A DNA stretch of 64,000 nt, from assembly GCA_036381475.1 (NCBI GenBank), contig DASVCT010000262.1, forward strand, positions 1,298 through 65,297, read 5' to 3'. This DNA is from Cyclobacteriaceae bacterium. GTDB taxonomy: Bacteria > Bacteroidota > Bacteroidia > Cytophagales > Cyclobacteriaceae. The number at the start of each line of letters is the position of its first letter. The stretch's first letter is position 1. Below are positions 37,703 to 46,225 of the stretch, piece by piece. The notes under the pieces were generated by a model, which was not told where the DNA came from, made no database searches, and was given only the letters and a program-made list of their open reading frames with translations. The translations under genes and the position numbers were made by a program.

Positions 37703-38848
37703 TCACGAGAGGGTCCGCAGGATGCGACCGGCTTCTGCTAACGTTTCATCCTTCTTAGCAAAACAAAACCGGAGCAACTGCTGGTTCAGTTGGTTCTGAT
37801 AAAATACCGACACCGGAATGCAGGCAACTTTGTGCTTTTGCGTCATTTCCACAGCCAGGTCCATCTCAGGCTTCTCTGACCACCCCCGATACGACACGAG
37901 CTGAAAGTACGTCCCCCGGCTGGGAATCGGCTCAAAGGGCGTTCCCTTGAGTTGCTCAAGGAAGAGGTCGCGCTTCTTTTGATAGAACGATCCGATCCCT
38001 GCGTAGTTGGACTCGTCCTTCAGATACTCCGACAAGGCTTTCTGGATCGCGGTATTGATGCTGAAGGTAATGAATTGATGGGCCTTCCTTATCTCACTTG
38101 TAAGATTCGTTGGAGCAACCGTGTAACCGATCTTCCATCCGGTGGCGTGAAAGGTCTTTCCGAACGAGAAGACCGCGATGCTCTGTGACCGCAATGCCGG
38201 GTAATGCAGGACGCCTTCATGTCGGGCGCCCTCGAAGATAATCCGCTCGTAAGCCTCGTCGCTGAGTATGATCAACCCATACTTCAGGGCGAGCCGTTCT
38301 AGTGCCAGGAGGTCTTGTGGTGTATACGTGCGCCCGGTCGGGTTGTGCGGCGTATTGATCATAATCATCCGCGTTTTTGGCGTGACGGATCGTTCTACCA
38401 GGTCCCAGTCAATGGCAAAGCCGGGTGGCCTCAAAGTGATTCGCACGGGCGTGCCGCCGCACAGCCGGACGGCAGGATCGTACAAATCGTAGGAGGGATC
38501 GAACATAATGACCTCTTCACCCCGGTCGACGAAGGCGGCGATGGATGAGAACAGCGCTTCCGTGGCGCCCGCAGTGATCGTAATTTCTGTTTCCGGGTTC
38601 GCCTGGTATCCGTAGGTCCGGCTCACCACGTTGCCCACCGATTCAAGAAGGTCCGGGAGTCCGGCCATCGGCGCATACTGGTTGTAGCCTTCATCCATGT
38701 AGCGGCTTACCAGCCCCGTGAGTTTTTTGTCTACGTCGAAATCCGGGTACCCTTGCGATAGGTTAATGGCGCCGCACTCGGCTGCCATGCGGGACATGAC
38801 CGTAAAGATTGTCGTTCCGACGTCGGGCAGCTTTGAGCGAAAGTTCAT
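37703..38848 (-). CDS. class I/II pyridoxal-phosphate aminotransferase (YbdL-like methionine/glutamine transaminase)
   Basis: 'NLSQGYPDF'; PLP-lysine region 'SFGKTFHATGWKIGY'. The ATG at 38848 is the probable start. Confidence 0.8.
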   Translation of the reverse strand: MNFRSKLPDVGTTIFTVMSRMAAECGAINLSQGYPDFDVDKKLTGLVSRYMDEGYNQYAPMAGLPDLLESVGNVVSRTYGYQANPETEITITAGATEALFSSIAAFVDRGEEVIMFDPSYDLYDPAVRLCGGTPVRITLRPPGFAIDWDLVERSVTPKTRMIMINTPHNPTGRTYTPQDLLALERLALKYGLIILSDEAYERIIFEGARHEGVLHYPALRSQSIAVFSFGKTFHATGWKIGYTVAPTNLTSEIRKAHQFITFSINTAIQKALSEYLKDESNYAGIGSFYQKKRDLFLEQLKGTPFEPIPSRGTYFQLVSYRGWSEKPEMDLAVEMTQKHKVACIPVSVFYQNQLNQQLLRFCFAKKDETLAEAGRILRTLS

Positions 38849-38883
38849 AGGTGCGGCGGGTCCGGCAGGGGCGAACGTCCCGG

Positions 38884-39432
38884 TCACACTTTGTACTTGA
38901 TCCGGTATTCGGTGTCGACCTTTCCCCTGGAAATATCGGAAAGTTTGCCTTTCAGGAGGCGCTTTTTCAGGGGTGTGAGGTAATCGATAAAGAGTTTGCC
39001 CTCGATATGATCGTATTCGTGCTGGATGATCCTGGCTTTCATGCCGTCATATTCTTCTTCATGGAGGTTCCAGTCCTCGTCATAATAACGGATGCGCAAC
39101 TTTTCCTTGCGGACCACGGGCTCGCGGATGTTCGGGATACTGAGGCAGCCTTCCTCGCATTCCCAATCATTGCCCACTTCGTCCACGAGTATCGGGTTGA
39201 TGAACGCCTTCCTGAACCCTTCCATGCCGGCCTCATCCTCGATTCCCGTGCCATCGACGACAAAAAGGCGGATCGACTTGCCGATCTGGGGTGCCGCCAG
39301 GCCTATGCCCTGGGCATGCTCCATGGTTTCGAACATGTCGCGGATCAGGTCCTTGAGATCCGTTCCGTGCGCGATTTCAGTAGTTGGCTGCCGGAGTACC
39401 GGGTCTCCGTACATTACAATCGGGTAAATCAT
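38884..39432 (-). CDS. def: peptide deformylase
   Basis: 'GIGLAAPQIG', 'EGCLSIP', 'QHEYDHIEG'. ATG at 39432. Confidence 0.9.
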   Translation of the reverse strand: MIYPIVMYGDPVLRQPTTEIAHGTDLKDLIRDMFETMEHAQGIGLAAPQIGKSIRLFVVDGTGIEDEAGMEGFRKAFINPILVDEVGNDWECEEGCLSIPNIREPVVRKEKLRIRYYDEDWNLHEEEYDGMKARIIQHEYDHIEGKLFIDYLTPLKKRLLKGKLSDISRGKVDTEYRIKYKV

Positions 39433-39515
39433 TTCATTGCAATCTTCCGCCAAAGTTAACGCATATTCACAAACATTAAATCCACACACCCGGCGGAACC
39501 GCTCCGGAAGGGTGG

Positions 39516-39935
39516 CTATTTGCCCCGTCCTGCCTCCAGAAAACCCTGCAGGATGATCGCGGCGCTGATCTTGTCGAGATTCGCCTTCTGCCGGCGGTCC
39601 TTTTTTTTCATTCCGCCCTCGATTTGCGCGTGCTTGGCCAGCGAGCTTGTGAACCGCTCGTCCACCAGGTGGATTGGCTTCTCCGGGAAGGCTTGCCGTA
39701 ACTGCTCGACGAATTTTTTTACCTGAGGCGCCACGGGCGAGTCCGCATCCGACATCGTCCGTGGCATACCGACGACGAAAGCATCGACCGCTTCCCTTGC
39801 CACGTATGACCTCAGATAGGATAAGACTTCGGCGGTTACTACGGTCTCCAGCGGCGTGGAGATGATGCGTAGTGGGTCAGTCACCGCAAGACCGGTCCGT
39901 TTCAATCCGTAGTCAATGCCGATCAATCGTCCCAC
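39516..39935 (-). CDS. ruvX: Holliday junction resolvase-like / pre-16S rRNA nuclease RuvX (YqgF)
   Basis: 'GIDYGLKRTGLAVTD' N-terminus; 139 aa. Confidence 0.85.
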   Translation of the reverse strand: MGRLIGIDYGLKRTGLAVTDPLRIISTPLETVVTAEVLSYLRSYVAREAVDAFVVGMPRTMSDADSPVAPQVKKFVEQLRQAFPEKPIHLVDERFTSSLAKHAQIEGGMKKKDRRQKANLDKISAAIILQGFLEAGRGK

Positions 39936-40453
39936 AGGCCTTGTCCTTTTCTGCGATATATTAATTGGACCAGGCCATTGGGGTATGGCACCGATTCGAT
40001 CAGTTCGAAGGACGCACGGTCACCTTTTCCAAACAACGGGATCCCGCCGCCCAGGAGGAGCGGATGAACGGAAAGGTGCATTTCGTCAATTGCGTTGGAT
40101 TCGCGAAATGGGGCGATCACTTCCGCGCCGCCGTAAAGCCAGATGCCTTTGCCGGGTTGACGCTGCATGGCGCGCACGAAGGAAATGGGATCTTCCTGTA
40201 CGACGCGCACGTTGGCAAAGGGAGTCTCCTTCAGTGTGCGGGAAAACACCACAAGCTCCTTGTCGGCGTACCACTTTTCAACATACGGCGCGATCACTTC
40301 ATAAGTCTTGCGTCCCATGATGAGGGTATCGACGCGTTTTCCAAATGCGGTTAGCCCGTAGTCGTCATCAGTGAAACACCAGTCGTACTCTCCATTGGGG
40401 CCAGCAATATAGCCGTCGATCGTGACGGCCAGGTTGAGCAAGACTTGTCGCAT
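39923..40453 (-). CDS. dihydrofolate reductase-family protein (RibD C-terminal domain type)
   Basis: 176 aa; 'LNLAVTIDGYIAGPNGEYDW', 'LIMGRKTYE' and 'LHPLLLGGGIPLF' follow the RibD_C pattern. Confidence 0.7.
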   Translation of the reverse strand: MRQVLLNLAVTIDGYIAGPNGEYDWCFTDDDYGLTAFGKRVDTLIMGRKTYEVIAPYVEKWYADKELVVFSRTLKETPFANVRVVQEDPISFVRAMQRQPGKGIWLYGGAEVIAPFRESNAIDEMHLSVHPLLLGGGIPLFGKGDRASFELIESVPYPNGLVQLIYRRKGQGLWDD

Positions 40454-40457
40454 TGCG

Positions 40458-41213
40458 CTAGTTGAAACGGGTCTTGTCGAAGAAGATCTTCTTCACCCTG
40501 TTTTCCAGTTCCATCGCTTTTGGAAACAGGATTTCGTTCTCGATTCGCGCGTGGGTGATGAGGCTCCTTTCGAACTCCTGCAGTTCCTGGAAAATGACCC
40601 GGATGTGCAAGGGGGCACTCGGATCTAGTGTGTAATTACCGGTAATCCTTCGAATGCCCTCCATTTCATCGTCGTGCGCCTCGTGTTCTACAGAAAGTTT
40701 GTGAATGGAATTCTTTTCCAATTGGTAGTACAGCAGCGAGGGGTTGGCCCTGCCTTTCAATGCCCGCTCCAGCAGCCGAATATAGATAAAGAGGGTATCC
40801 TCTTCTTCGTATATGTGTTCAATAAAATCCTCCACGAACAACGGGAACACGATCTTCAGGTCCTTTTCCAGGTGCGTGTAATCGGGATGGTTGGCCCGGA
40901 ACGACTCGACGAGCCGGCCGATGTAGGGCAACTTGTGCTTTATGAACAGGAAGTGGGCGTGCTTCAGGTATTCAATAATAAGGTCGATGGGATAGTCAAC
41001 CAGAGGGAGTTGGGCTTCCTGGAGGAGGCTCGGAGATTCGAGTTCGCGAATCACCTGTTCGAGTTTGAGGTTCCGCTCACGGCACACCTGTTCGAGGGTG
41101 TGGCCGGAACACTCATAAAACCGGACGCCCAGGTAGTACAGAACGTAGCCATTCACGTAGTTTTGATCTACTAACTCGCTGATGCTCTTTTCCCTGAAGG
41201 TGGATTTTTCCAT
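40458..41213 (-). CDS. hemerythrin-like di-iron protein (RIC/ScdA-like)
   Basis: ScdA_N-like N-terminus ('ISELVDQNYVNGYVLYYLGVRFYECSGHTLEQVC'), then His/Glu-rich helices ('EYLKHAHFLFIKHKLP', 'FIEHIYEEEDTLF', 'EHEAHDDEMEGI', 'HARIENEILFP'). Confidence 0.5.
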   Translation of the reverse strand: MEKSTFREKSISELVDQNYVNGYVLYYLGVRFYECSGHTLEQVCRERNLKLEQVIRELESPSLLQEAQLPLVDYPIDLIIEYLKHAHFLFIKHKLPYIGRLVESFRANHPDYTHLEKDLKIVFPLFVEDFIEHIYEEEDTLFIYIRLLERALKGRANPSLLYYQLEKNSIHKLSVEHEAHDDEMEGIRRITGNYTLDPSAPLHIRVIFQELQEFERSLITHARIENEILFPKAMELENRVKKIFFDKTRFN

Positions 41214-41315
41214 ACTGCAACGGGTAAAGATAGGCAATCGCTTTAAAATTTATGCGGCTAATCATGGCCAAATGAATTCTGTCTGATTTTTGTCTTTTTC
41301 CACTACGGCATCGAC

Positions 41316-41323
41316 TATTTTTG
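41316..41323 (+). promoter_or_regulatory. candidate -7 promoter box (TATTTTTG) for ctp
   Basis: Matches TAnnTTTG, 84 nt upstream of the ATG at 41407. Confidence 0.3.
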
Positions 41324-41406
41324 ACTTTTGGCGTAATGCGGAAGCCGCATAGAATGAATTTGCGGGCTATTTCGTTGATTATTAAATAAAACGGCATTAT
41401 TCGCGT

Positions 41407-43020
41407 ATGGAGATTTCGAACACGAAGAGTCAGATCCGGCTTCCGTTCGTCCTTTTTGCTGGGCTGGCTGCAGGGATACTCGTGGGCGCCACATTCGGGA
41501 AGAAAGACGACGCGGATGTTGATCCGGAAGTCAGGAAATTCCGGGAGGTACTCACACAAATCAAAGAGTCGTACGTAGACGACGTGGATACCCGTGAACT
41601 CGTCGAAGAGACGATTCAGGACATGCTGTCAAAGCTCGATCCGCATTCCGCCTACATTCCGGCAGAGGACCGGGAGCGGGCCAATGAAGACCTCCGGGGC
41701 AACTTTGACGGCATTGGGATTGAATTCAGAATTTTTGACGACACGATCGTTGTGGTAACGCCCTTAAGCGGGGGCCCGTCCGAAGCCGTCGGCATACTTT
41801 CGGGAGACAAGATCATCCGCGTCGACACGATGAATGTCGGCGGGATCGGTATTACCAACGAGGACGTGATGCGATACCTGAAGGGACCCAAAGGCACTGA
41901 AGTCCAGGTAGGGGTTCTGAGAGGCAAACAGGAACTTACCTTCAATATTGTCCGCGATAAGATTCCCCAATACTCCGTTGACGCTGCCTATATGATCGAC
42001 GATAAGATCGGCTATATCAAGGTGAGTCGCTTCGCCGCAACCACGTATGATGAGTTCACCCGGGCTATACAAAAACTGAAAGACCAGGGCATGAAAAAAC
42101 TTGTCTTCGACCTGCAGGGAAATCCGGGAGGTTATCTGAACATCGCTATCGATATGGCGGACGAATTCCTGCCGGCATCGCGGCGAATCGTATATACCAA
42201 GGGGAACAACAGCCGGTACGACCAATCGGCAAACGCGACTTCCCGGGGCAGCTTTGAAAAGGGAGACCTCATCGTACTTGTCAATGAAGGCAGCGCTTCG
42301 GCGTCTGAAATCGTTGCGGGCGCGCTACAGGATAACGATCGCGCGCTTATCGTAGGCCGGCGTAGCTTCGGAAAGGGCCTCGTCCAAAGCCCTTTCGACC
42401 TGAGCGACGGCTCGGAGATACGACTCACCATCTCGAGGTACTACACGCCGAGCGGTCGGTCCATTCAAAAACCCTATGACGATGAGCAGGCGTATGCCCG
42501 GGACATCATCAGCCGGTATAATCACGGCGAGTTCTTTCACGCCGACAGCATTCACCTGAACGACTCGCTCAAGTATCTTACTCTCAAGGGTCGGTCGGTT
42601 TATGGTGGCGGCGGAATTATGCCTGACTATTTCGTTCCGCTTGACACCTCGCTGAACAGTCATTATCTGAATGAACTGTACTCGACCTACGCCATTTTCG
42701 AGTATGCATTCTACTATGCTGAAAGCCATAAGAAGGAGCTCGAGGACATGGGATACGAAAATTACAGGCGCAACTTCATCGTCACTGATAAGATGCTGGA
42801 AGACCTCGTTCAGATGGGCGTGCGGAACAAGGCCAAACCCGACTATGCTGAACTAAAGAAAAAGAAGCATTTATTCCAGGTTCACCTCAAAGCACAAATC
42901 GCCAAAGGAGTATGGGGGAATGAGGGATATTATCCGATCTTCAACGAAACCAATGAAATACTTCAGCAGGCACTCAGGCTCTTCGACAAGGCGCCGGAGT
43001 TGAATCGCATGAGCATGTAA
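41407..43020 (+). CDS. ctp: carboxy-terminal processing peptidase (S41 family, PDZ domain)
   Basis: PDZ region 'GPSEAVGILSGDKIIRVD'; catalytic 'EGSASASEI' and 'SFGKGLVQ'. Confidence 0.85.
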   Translation: MEISNTKSQIRLPFVLFAGLAAGILVGATFGKKDDADVDPEVRKFREVLTQIKESYVDDVDTRELVEETIQDMLSKLDPHSAYIPAEDRERANEDLRGNFDGIGIEFRIFDDTIVVVTPLSGGPSEAVGILSGDKIIRVDTMNVGGIGITNEDVMRYLKGPKGTEVQVGVLRGKQELTFNIVRDKIPQYSVDAAYMIDDKIGYIKVSRFAATTYDEFTRAIQKLKDQGMKKLVFDLQGNPGGYLNIAIDMADEFLPASRRIVYTKGNNSRYDQSANATSRGSFEKGDLIVLVNEGSASASEIVAGALQDNDRALIVGRRSFGKGLVQSPFDLSDGSEIRLTISRYYTPSGRSIQKPYDDEQAYARDIISRYNHGEFFHADSIHLNDSLKYLTLKGRSVYGGGGIMPDYFVPLDTSLNSHYLNELYSTYAIFEYAFYYAESHKKELEDMGYENYRRNFIVTDKMLEDLVQMGVRNKAKPDYAELKKKKHLFQVHLKAQIAKGVWGNEGYYPIFNETNEILQQALRLFDKAPELNRMSM

Positions 43021-43082
43021 GCCGGCGTCTCTCAGGTTGTAAGGCCGATTGCCTATCTTGATGCATTATTAACCTGAACGCT

Positions 43083-44273
43083 ATGTATTACTATCGACTG
43101 GGGCGTGTACCGCCCAAACGGCATACCCAATTTCGGCAACCGGACAACACACTGTACCGCGAAGAGGTGGTCAGTTCAAAAGGATTCTCCGGTATCTATT
43201 CGATCCTCTATCACATCAATCCGCCAACGCGCGTAAGAGCTGTCGGCGAGTCCATACCGTACGGACCCCGGTTGCTTCAGGATTATGGACTACGGCATAC
43301 CCACTTGAATACTTCCGGCGTGGAAAGCACAGGCGACGACTATCTCTCCGCCAGGAAGGTCTTGCTGGCAAACGCCGATTGCGCCATAGCGATCTGTGCC
43401 CCCTCACAACGGCGCATGGATTATTTTTATAAGAATGCGGAAGGCGACGAGGTAATTTTTGTCCACGACGGTGAAGGCGTGCTCTACTCTCCGTTTGGCA
43501 AGCTGACGTTCCGCAAGGGCGATTATGTGGTCATTCCCCGCACGGTCATCTATCGGATGGAATTCGGTGACGGCCCGCTTCGCCTCCTGATCATCGAATC
43601 AGCGTCACCTATCGAAACCGTGAAACGATACCGGAATGAACTGGGTCAACTCCTTGAACATTCGCCTTATTGCGAACGGGACATCAGGCCGCCTGAAGAG
43701 TTGGTCACCGACGCCGCCGGGGGTGAATGGCTGATCCGGATAAAAAAGCAGGGCTATCTTCACAGTTATCACTATGATTTCAGTCCCATGGATCTCGTTG
43801 GATGGGATGGCTTTCTGTGGCCCTATGCGTTTTCGATTCACGATTTTGAACCGATCACTGGTCGCATCCATCAGCCGCCGCCAGTCCACCAGACCTTTCA
43901 GGGTCACAACTTCGTGATCTGTTCATTCGTTCCGCGGCTTTTCGATTATCATCCGCTTTCTATTCCCGCACCTTACAATCATAGCAACATCGACAGCGAC
44001 GAGGTGCTCTACTACGCCGAAGGAAACTTTATGAGCAGGCGCGGCATTGAAAGAGGAAGCTTTACCCTCCACCCGGGGGGACTGCCTCACGGCCCGCATC
44101 CCGGCACGGTGGAAAAAAGCATCGGTGCTAAGGCCACGGAAGAACTTGCGGTAATGATCGACACGTTCCGTCCGCTTCACCCCACCGAGGACGCGCTCCC
44201 GTTTGTCGACACGAATTACCCGATGAGTTGGACGGAAGATGCGACCGGATTCCACGAAGTCAATGCTCCGTAG
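43083..44273 (+). CDS. hmgA: homogentisate 1,2-dioxygenase
   Basis: 396 aa with cupin core; 'GRVPPKRHTQF' and 'FQGHNFVICSFVPRLFDYHPLSIPAPYNHSNIDSDEVLYY'. Confidence 0.8.
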   Translation: MYYYRLGRVPPKRHTQFRQPDNTLYREEVVSSKGFSGIYSILYHINPPTRVRAVGESIPYGPRLLQDYGLRHTHLNTSGVESTGDDYLSARKVLLANADCAIAICAPSQRRMDYFYKNAEGDEVIFVHDGEGVLYSPFGKLTFRKGDYVVIPRTVIYRMEFGDGPLRLLIIESASPIETVKRYRNELGQLLEHSPYCERDIRPPEELVTDAAGGEWLIRIKKQGYLHSYHYDFSPMDLVGWDGFLWPYAFSIHDFEPITGRIHQPPPVHQTFQGHNFVICSFVPRLFDYHPLSIPAPYNHSNIDSDEVLYYAEGNFMSRRGIERGSFTLHPGGLPHGPHPGTVEKSIGAKATEELAVMIDTFRPLHPTEDALPFVDTNYPMSWTEDATGFHEVNAP

Positions 44274-44276
44274 GTG

Positions 44277-44501
44277 TCAGGTCTTGGGTTTTTTTCGCTC
44301 GCGGCTAAGACTAAAATATAGCAGGGCGCCGAGGAGATTGAAAAGGAGAATCAACAGCAACCAGATGGCCTTGTCGTAGGGCCGTTTGAATTTGCTTCGT
44401 ATGACGTCAATGATTGCGATGATGGGCACGATGATCGCCAACGCGATGAAAACGTAGATGATGATCCATTCGGTACTTAACGGCAGTTCAGAGAAATCCA
44501 T
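44277..44501 (-). CDS. small membrane protein with PLD nuclease N-terminal (PLDc_N) domain
   Basis: 74 aa, two TM helices; 'AIWLLLILLFNLLGALLYF' motif. Confidence 0.65.
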   Translation of the reverse strand: MDFSELPLSTEWIIIYVFIALAIIVPIIAIIDVIRSKFKRPYDKAIWLLLILLFNLLGALLYFSLSRERKKPKT

Positions 44502-44551
44502 ATTGGTGATTTATGGGCATGGTGCGAATGGCTCTGTCGGGTATCGGCAAG

Positions 44552-45127
44552 TTAGTGGTTATTAATCCATTTTTCAATTACTCTCGGATAATGGTAGTGC
44601 TCAAGACGATGCACCTTCTCGGCGATCGATTCCGGTGAGTCGTCGGCGTCCACTTCACAAGTGGCTTGAAAAATTACCGGTCCTTCGTCATACGCTTCCG
44701 TCACTTCGTGAATAGTGATGCCGGTCTGCAAATCGCCCGAGGCTTTCACGGCTTCATGCACGCGCATACCGTACATCCCCTTGCCACCGTATGCCGGCAA
44801 CAAGGCTGGATGAATGTTCAGGATGCGGGCGGGAAACATTTGAAGAAGACTTTCCGGAAGAAGCCAGAGAAACCCGGCAAGGACAAGGTGGGTGATACCC
44901 ATGTCGCGAAGCAAGTTGGAGACGTGCGGCTTGTCGTAGAACTCATGTCTGTTGAAGACGATGGTGGGAATACCATGTTTGCGGGCACGTTCAAGTACGA
45001 AGGCGTTCGGCTTATTGGAGAGCACGACGGCCACTGAAATCGTTGGATGACCGCGGAAATAGTTGATAATGGCCTCTGCATTGGTGCCGTTCCCGGAGGC
45101 GAGAATGGCGATTCGGGCATTCTGCAT
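44552..45127 (-). CDS. purN: phosphoribosylglycinamide formyltransferase
   Basis: 'ILASGNGTNAEAII', 'NIHPALLPAYGG'. ATG at 45127. Confidence 0.9.
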   Translation of the reverse strand: MQNARIAILASGNGTNAEAIINYFRGHPTISVAVVLSNKPNAFVLERARKHGIPTIVFNRHEFYDKPHVSNLLRDMGITHLVLAGFLWLLPESLLQMFPARILNIHPALLPAYGGKGMYGMRVHEAVKASGDLQTGITIHEVTEAYDEGPVIFQATCEVDADDSPESIAEKVHRLEHYHYPRVIEKWINNH

Positions 45128-45170
45128 GCCGCAAAAGAAAAGAATCCCCGGCACAGGGCAAAATGTCGGG

Positions 45171-46028
45171 TCACACGAATGCCATGCTGATGATTCCCAG
45201 CACGAGAATCACCTTGCAGAATGTGCTTATCCAGGTGAACTCTCTTTTCATATCTGCACGAAGGAGCCAGATCGCCAGCAGCGAGACGGGCGCAAACAGG
45301 AACAGCACAAAGTAGTAGAGCGGCAACTGGGTGTATGACCGGTTGAGCAGGAGGACGGAGGTAAGGAACATGATGAGGATGAGAAAGATTACGCCCTTGG
45401 TCCTGCGAATGCCAAGAAGGATGGGCAGGGTACGGCATCCGAATGTATTGTCGCCTTTCAGATCCTCCATATCCTTGACGATTTCACGCACAAGAGTCAT
45501 GAAGAACGCGAACAGTGCGTAAATCCAAATCAGGCTGTGATGTGGAAAGAAAAGCGCGTCTACAACCAGGATACTGAGACCGGTGAGGAGGGCTACGGCG
45601 ACATTGCCGATAAAGGGCTTTCTCTTCAGTGTGTTCGAATACAGCCAGAGCAGCCATACCGAGAAGAGATTTACGGCTCCAATCCAGAGCGAGAGATATA
45701 CTCCGATGAGAATTCCCGCCGCCGAAAATATGCCGTGGAGCAACAGGGCGTAACGGCGACCGATGCTTCTGCCAACGACTACACGGTCGGGCTTGTTGAT
45801 GAGGTCAATCTTGACATCATAGTAGTCGTTGATGATATACCCTGCCGCCGCAATCAGGAGCGTTGACGCGGTAAGCAGCGCAAGCCTCGGATTGAAAACG
45901 ACATCCGAGTCAACCAGGTAAGCGGCAGTGAAGTATTGCGCCAGGGCAATAATAAAAAGATTCCATACCCGGGTCAGCCGAAGAAGCGATGCGGTAAAAT
46001 CCTTGAGTCTGGTAATCGCCGTTTCCAT
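45171..46028 (-). CDS. UbiA-family prenyltransferase
   Basis: Polytopic membrane protein; Asp-rich 'YIINDYYDVKID' motif. The ATG at 46028 ('METAITRL') is the probable start; the track start at 46196 runs through the repeat element. Confidence 0.8.
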   Translation of the reverse strand: METAITRLKDFTASLLRLTRVWNLFIIALAQYFTAAYLVDSDVVFNPRLALLTASTLLIAAAGYIINDYYDVKIDLINKPDRVVVGRSIGRRYALLLHGIFSAAGILIGVYLSLWIGAVNLFSVWLLWLYSNTLKRKPFIGNVAVALLTGLSILVVDALFFPHHSLIWIYALFAFFMTLVREIVKDMEDLKGDNTFGCRTLPILLGIRRTKGVIFLILIMFLTSVLLLNRSYTQLPLYYFVLFLFAPVSLLAIWLLRADMKREFTWISTFCKVILVLGIISMAFV

Positions 46029-46068
46029 GGTGTCGTCCCGATTACAAAAGTAACGAGACGGCCCGTTT

Positions 46069-46216
46069 GATTTGCGATTAGTGATTCTTGATTTGTGATT
46101 TTTGATTGGTCCGCTGATTCCCGGTTGCCAATCAGCGACGACGTTCGTTTTCACCCCGAGGCCACGATCGACGGACAAACTCAATTCACAAATCACAAAT
46201 CAAAAATCACAAATCC
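46069..46216. repeat. inverted arrays of tandem heptamers (GATTNNN x6 / CAAATCA x5) forming a long-range stem
   Basis: gatttgtgatttttgatt (46090-46107) is the perfect reverse complement of aatcaaaaatcacaaatc (46198-46215). The 90-nt loop holds an 8-bp inner hairpin cgctgatt/aatcagcg (46112-46137). Confidence 0.85.
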
Positions 46217-46225
46217 ACGAACCCC

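Noticed and set aside
36783-38848. The YafV-like omega-amidase and YbdL-like aminotransferase pair as a novel system
   Set aside because: This is the established glutamine transaminase/omega-amidase pairing, so it is ordinary metabolism.
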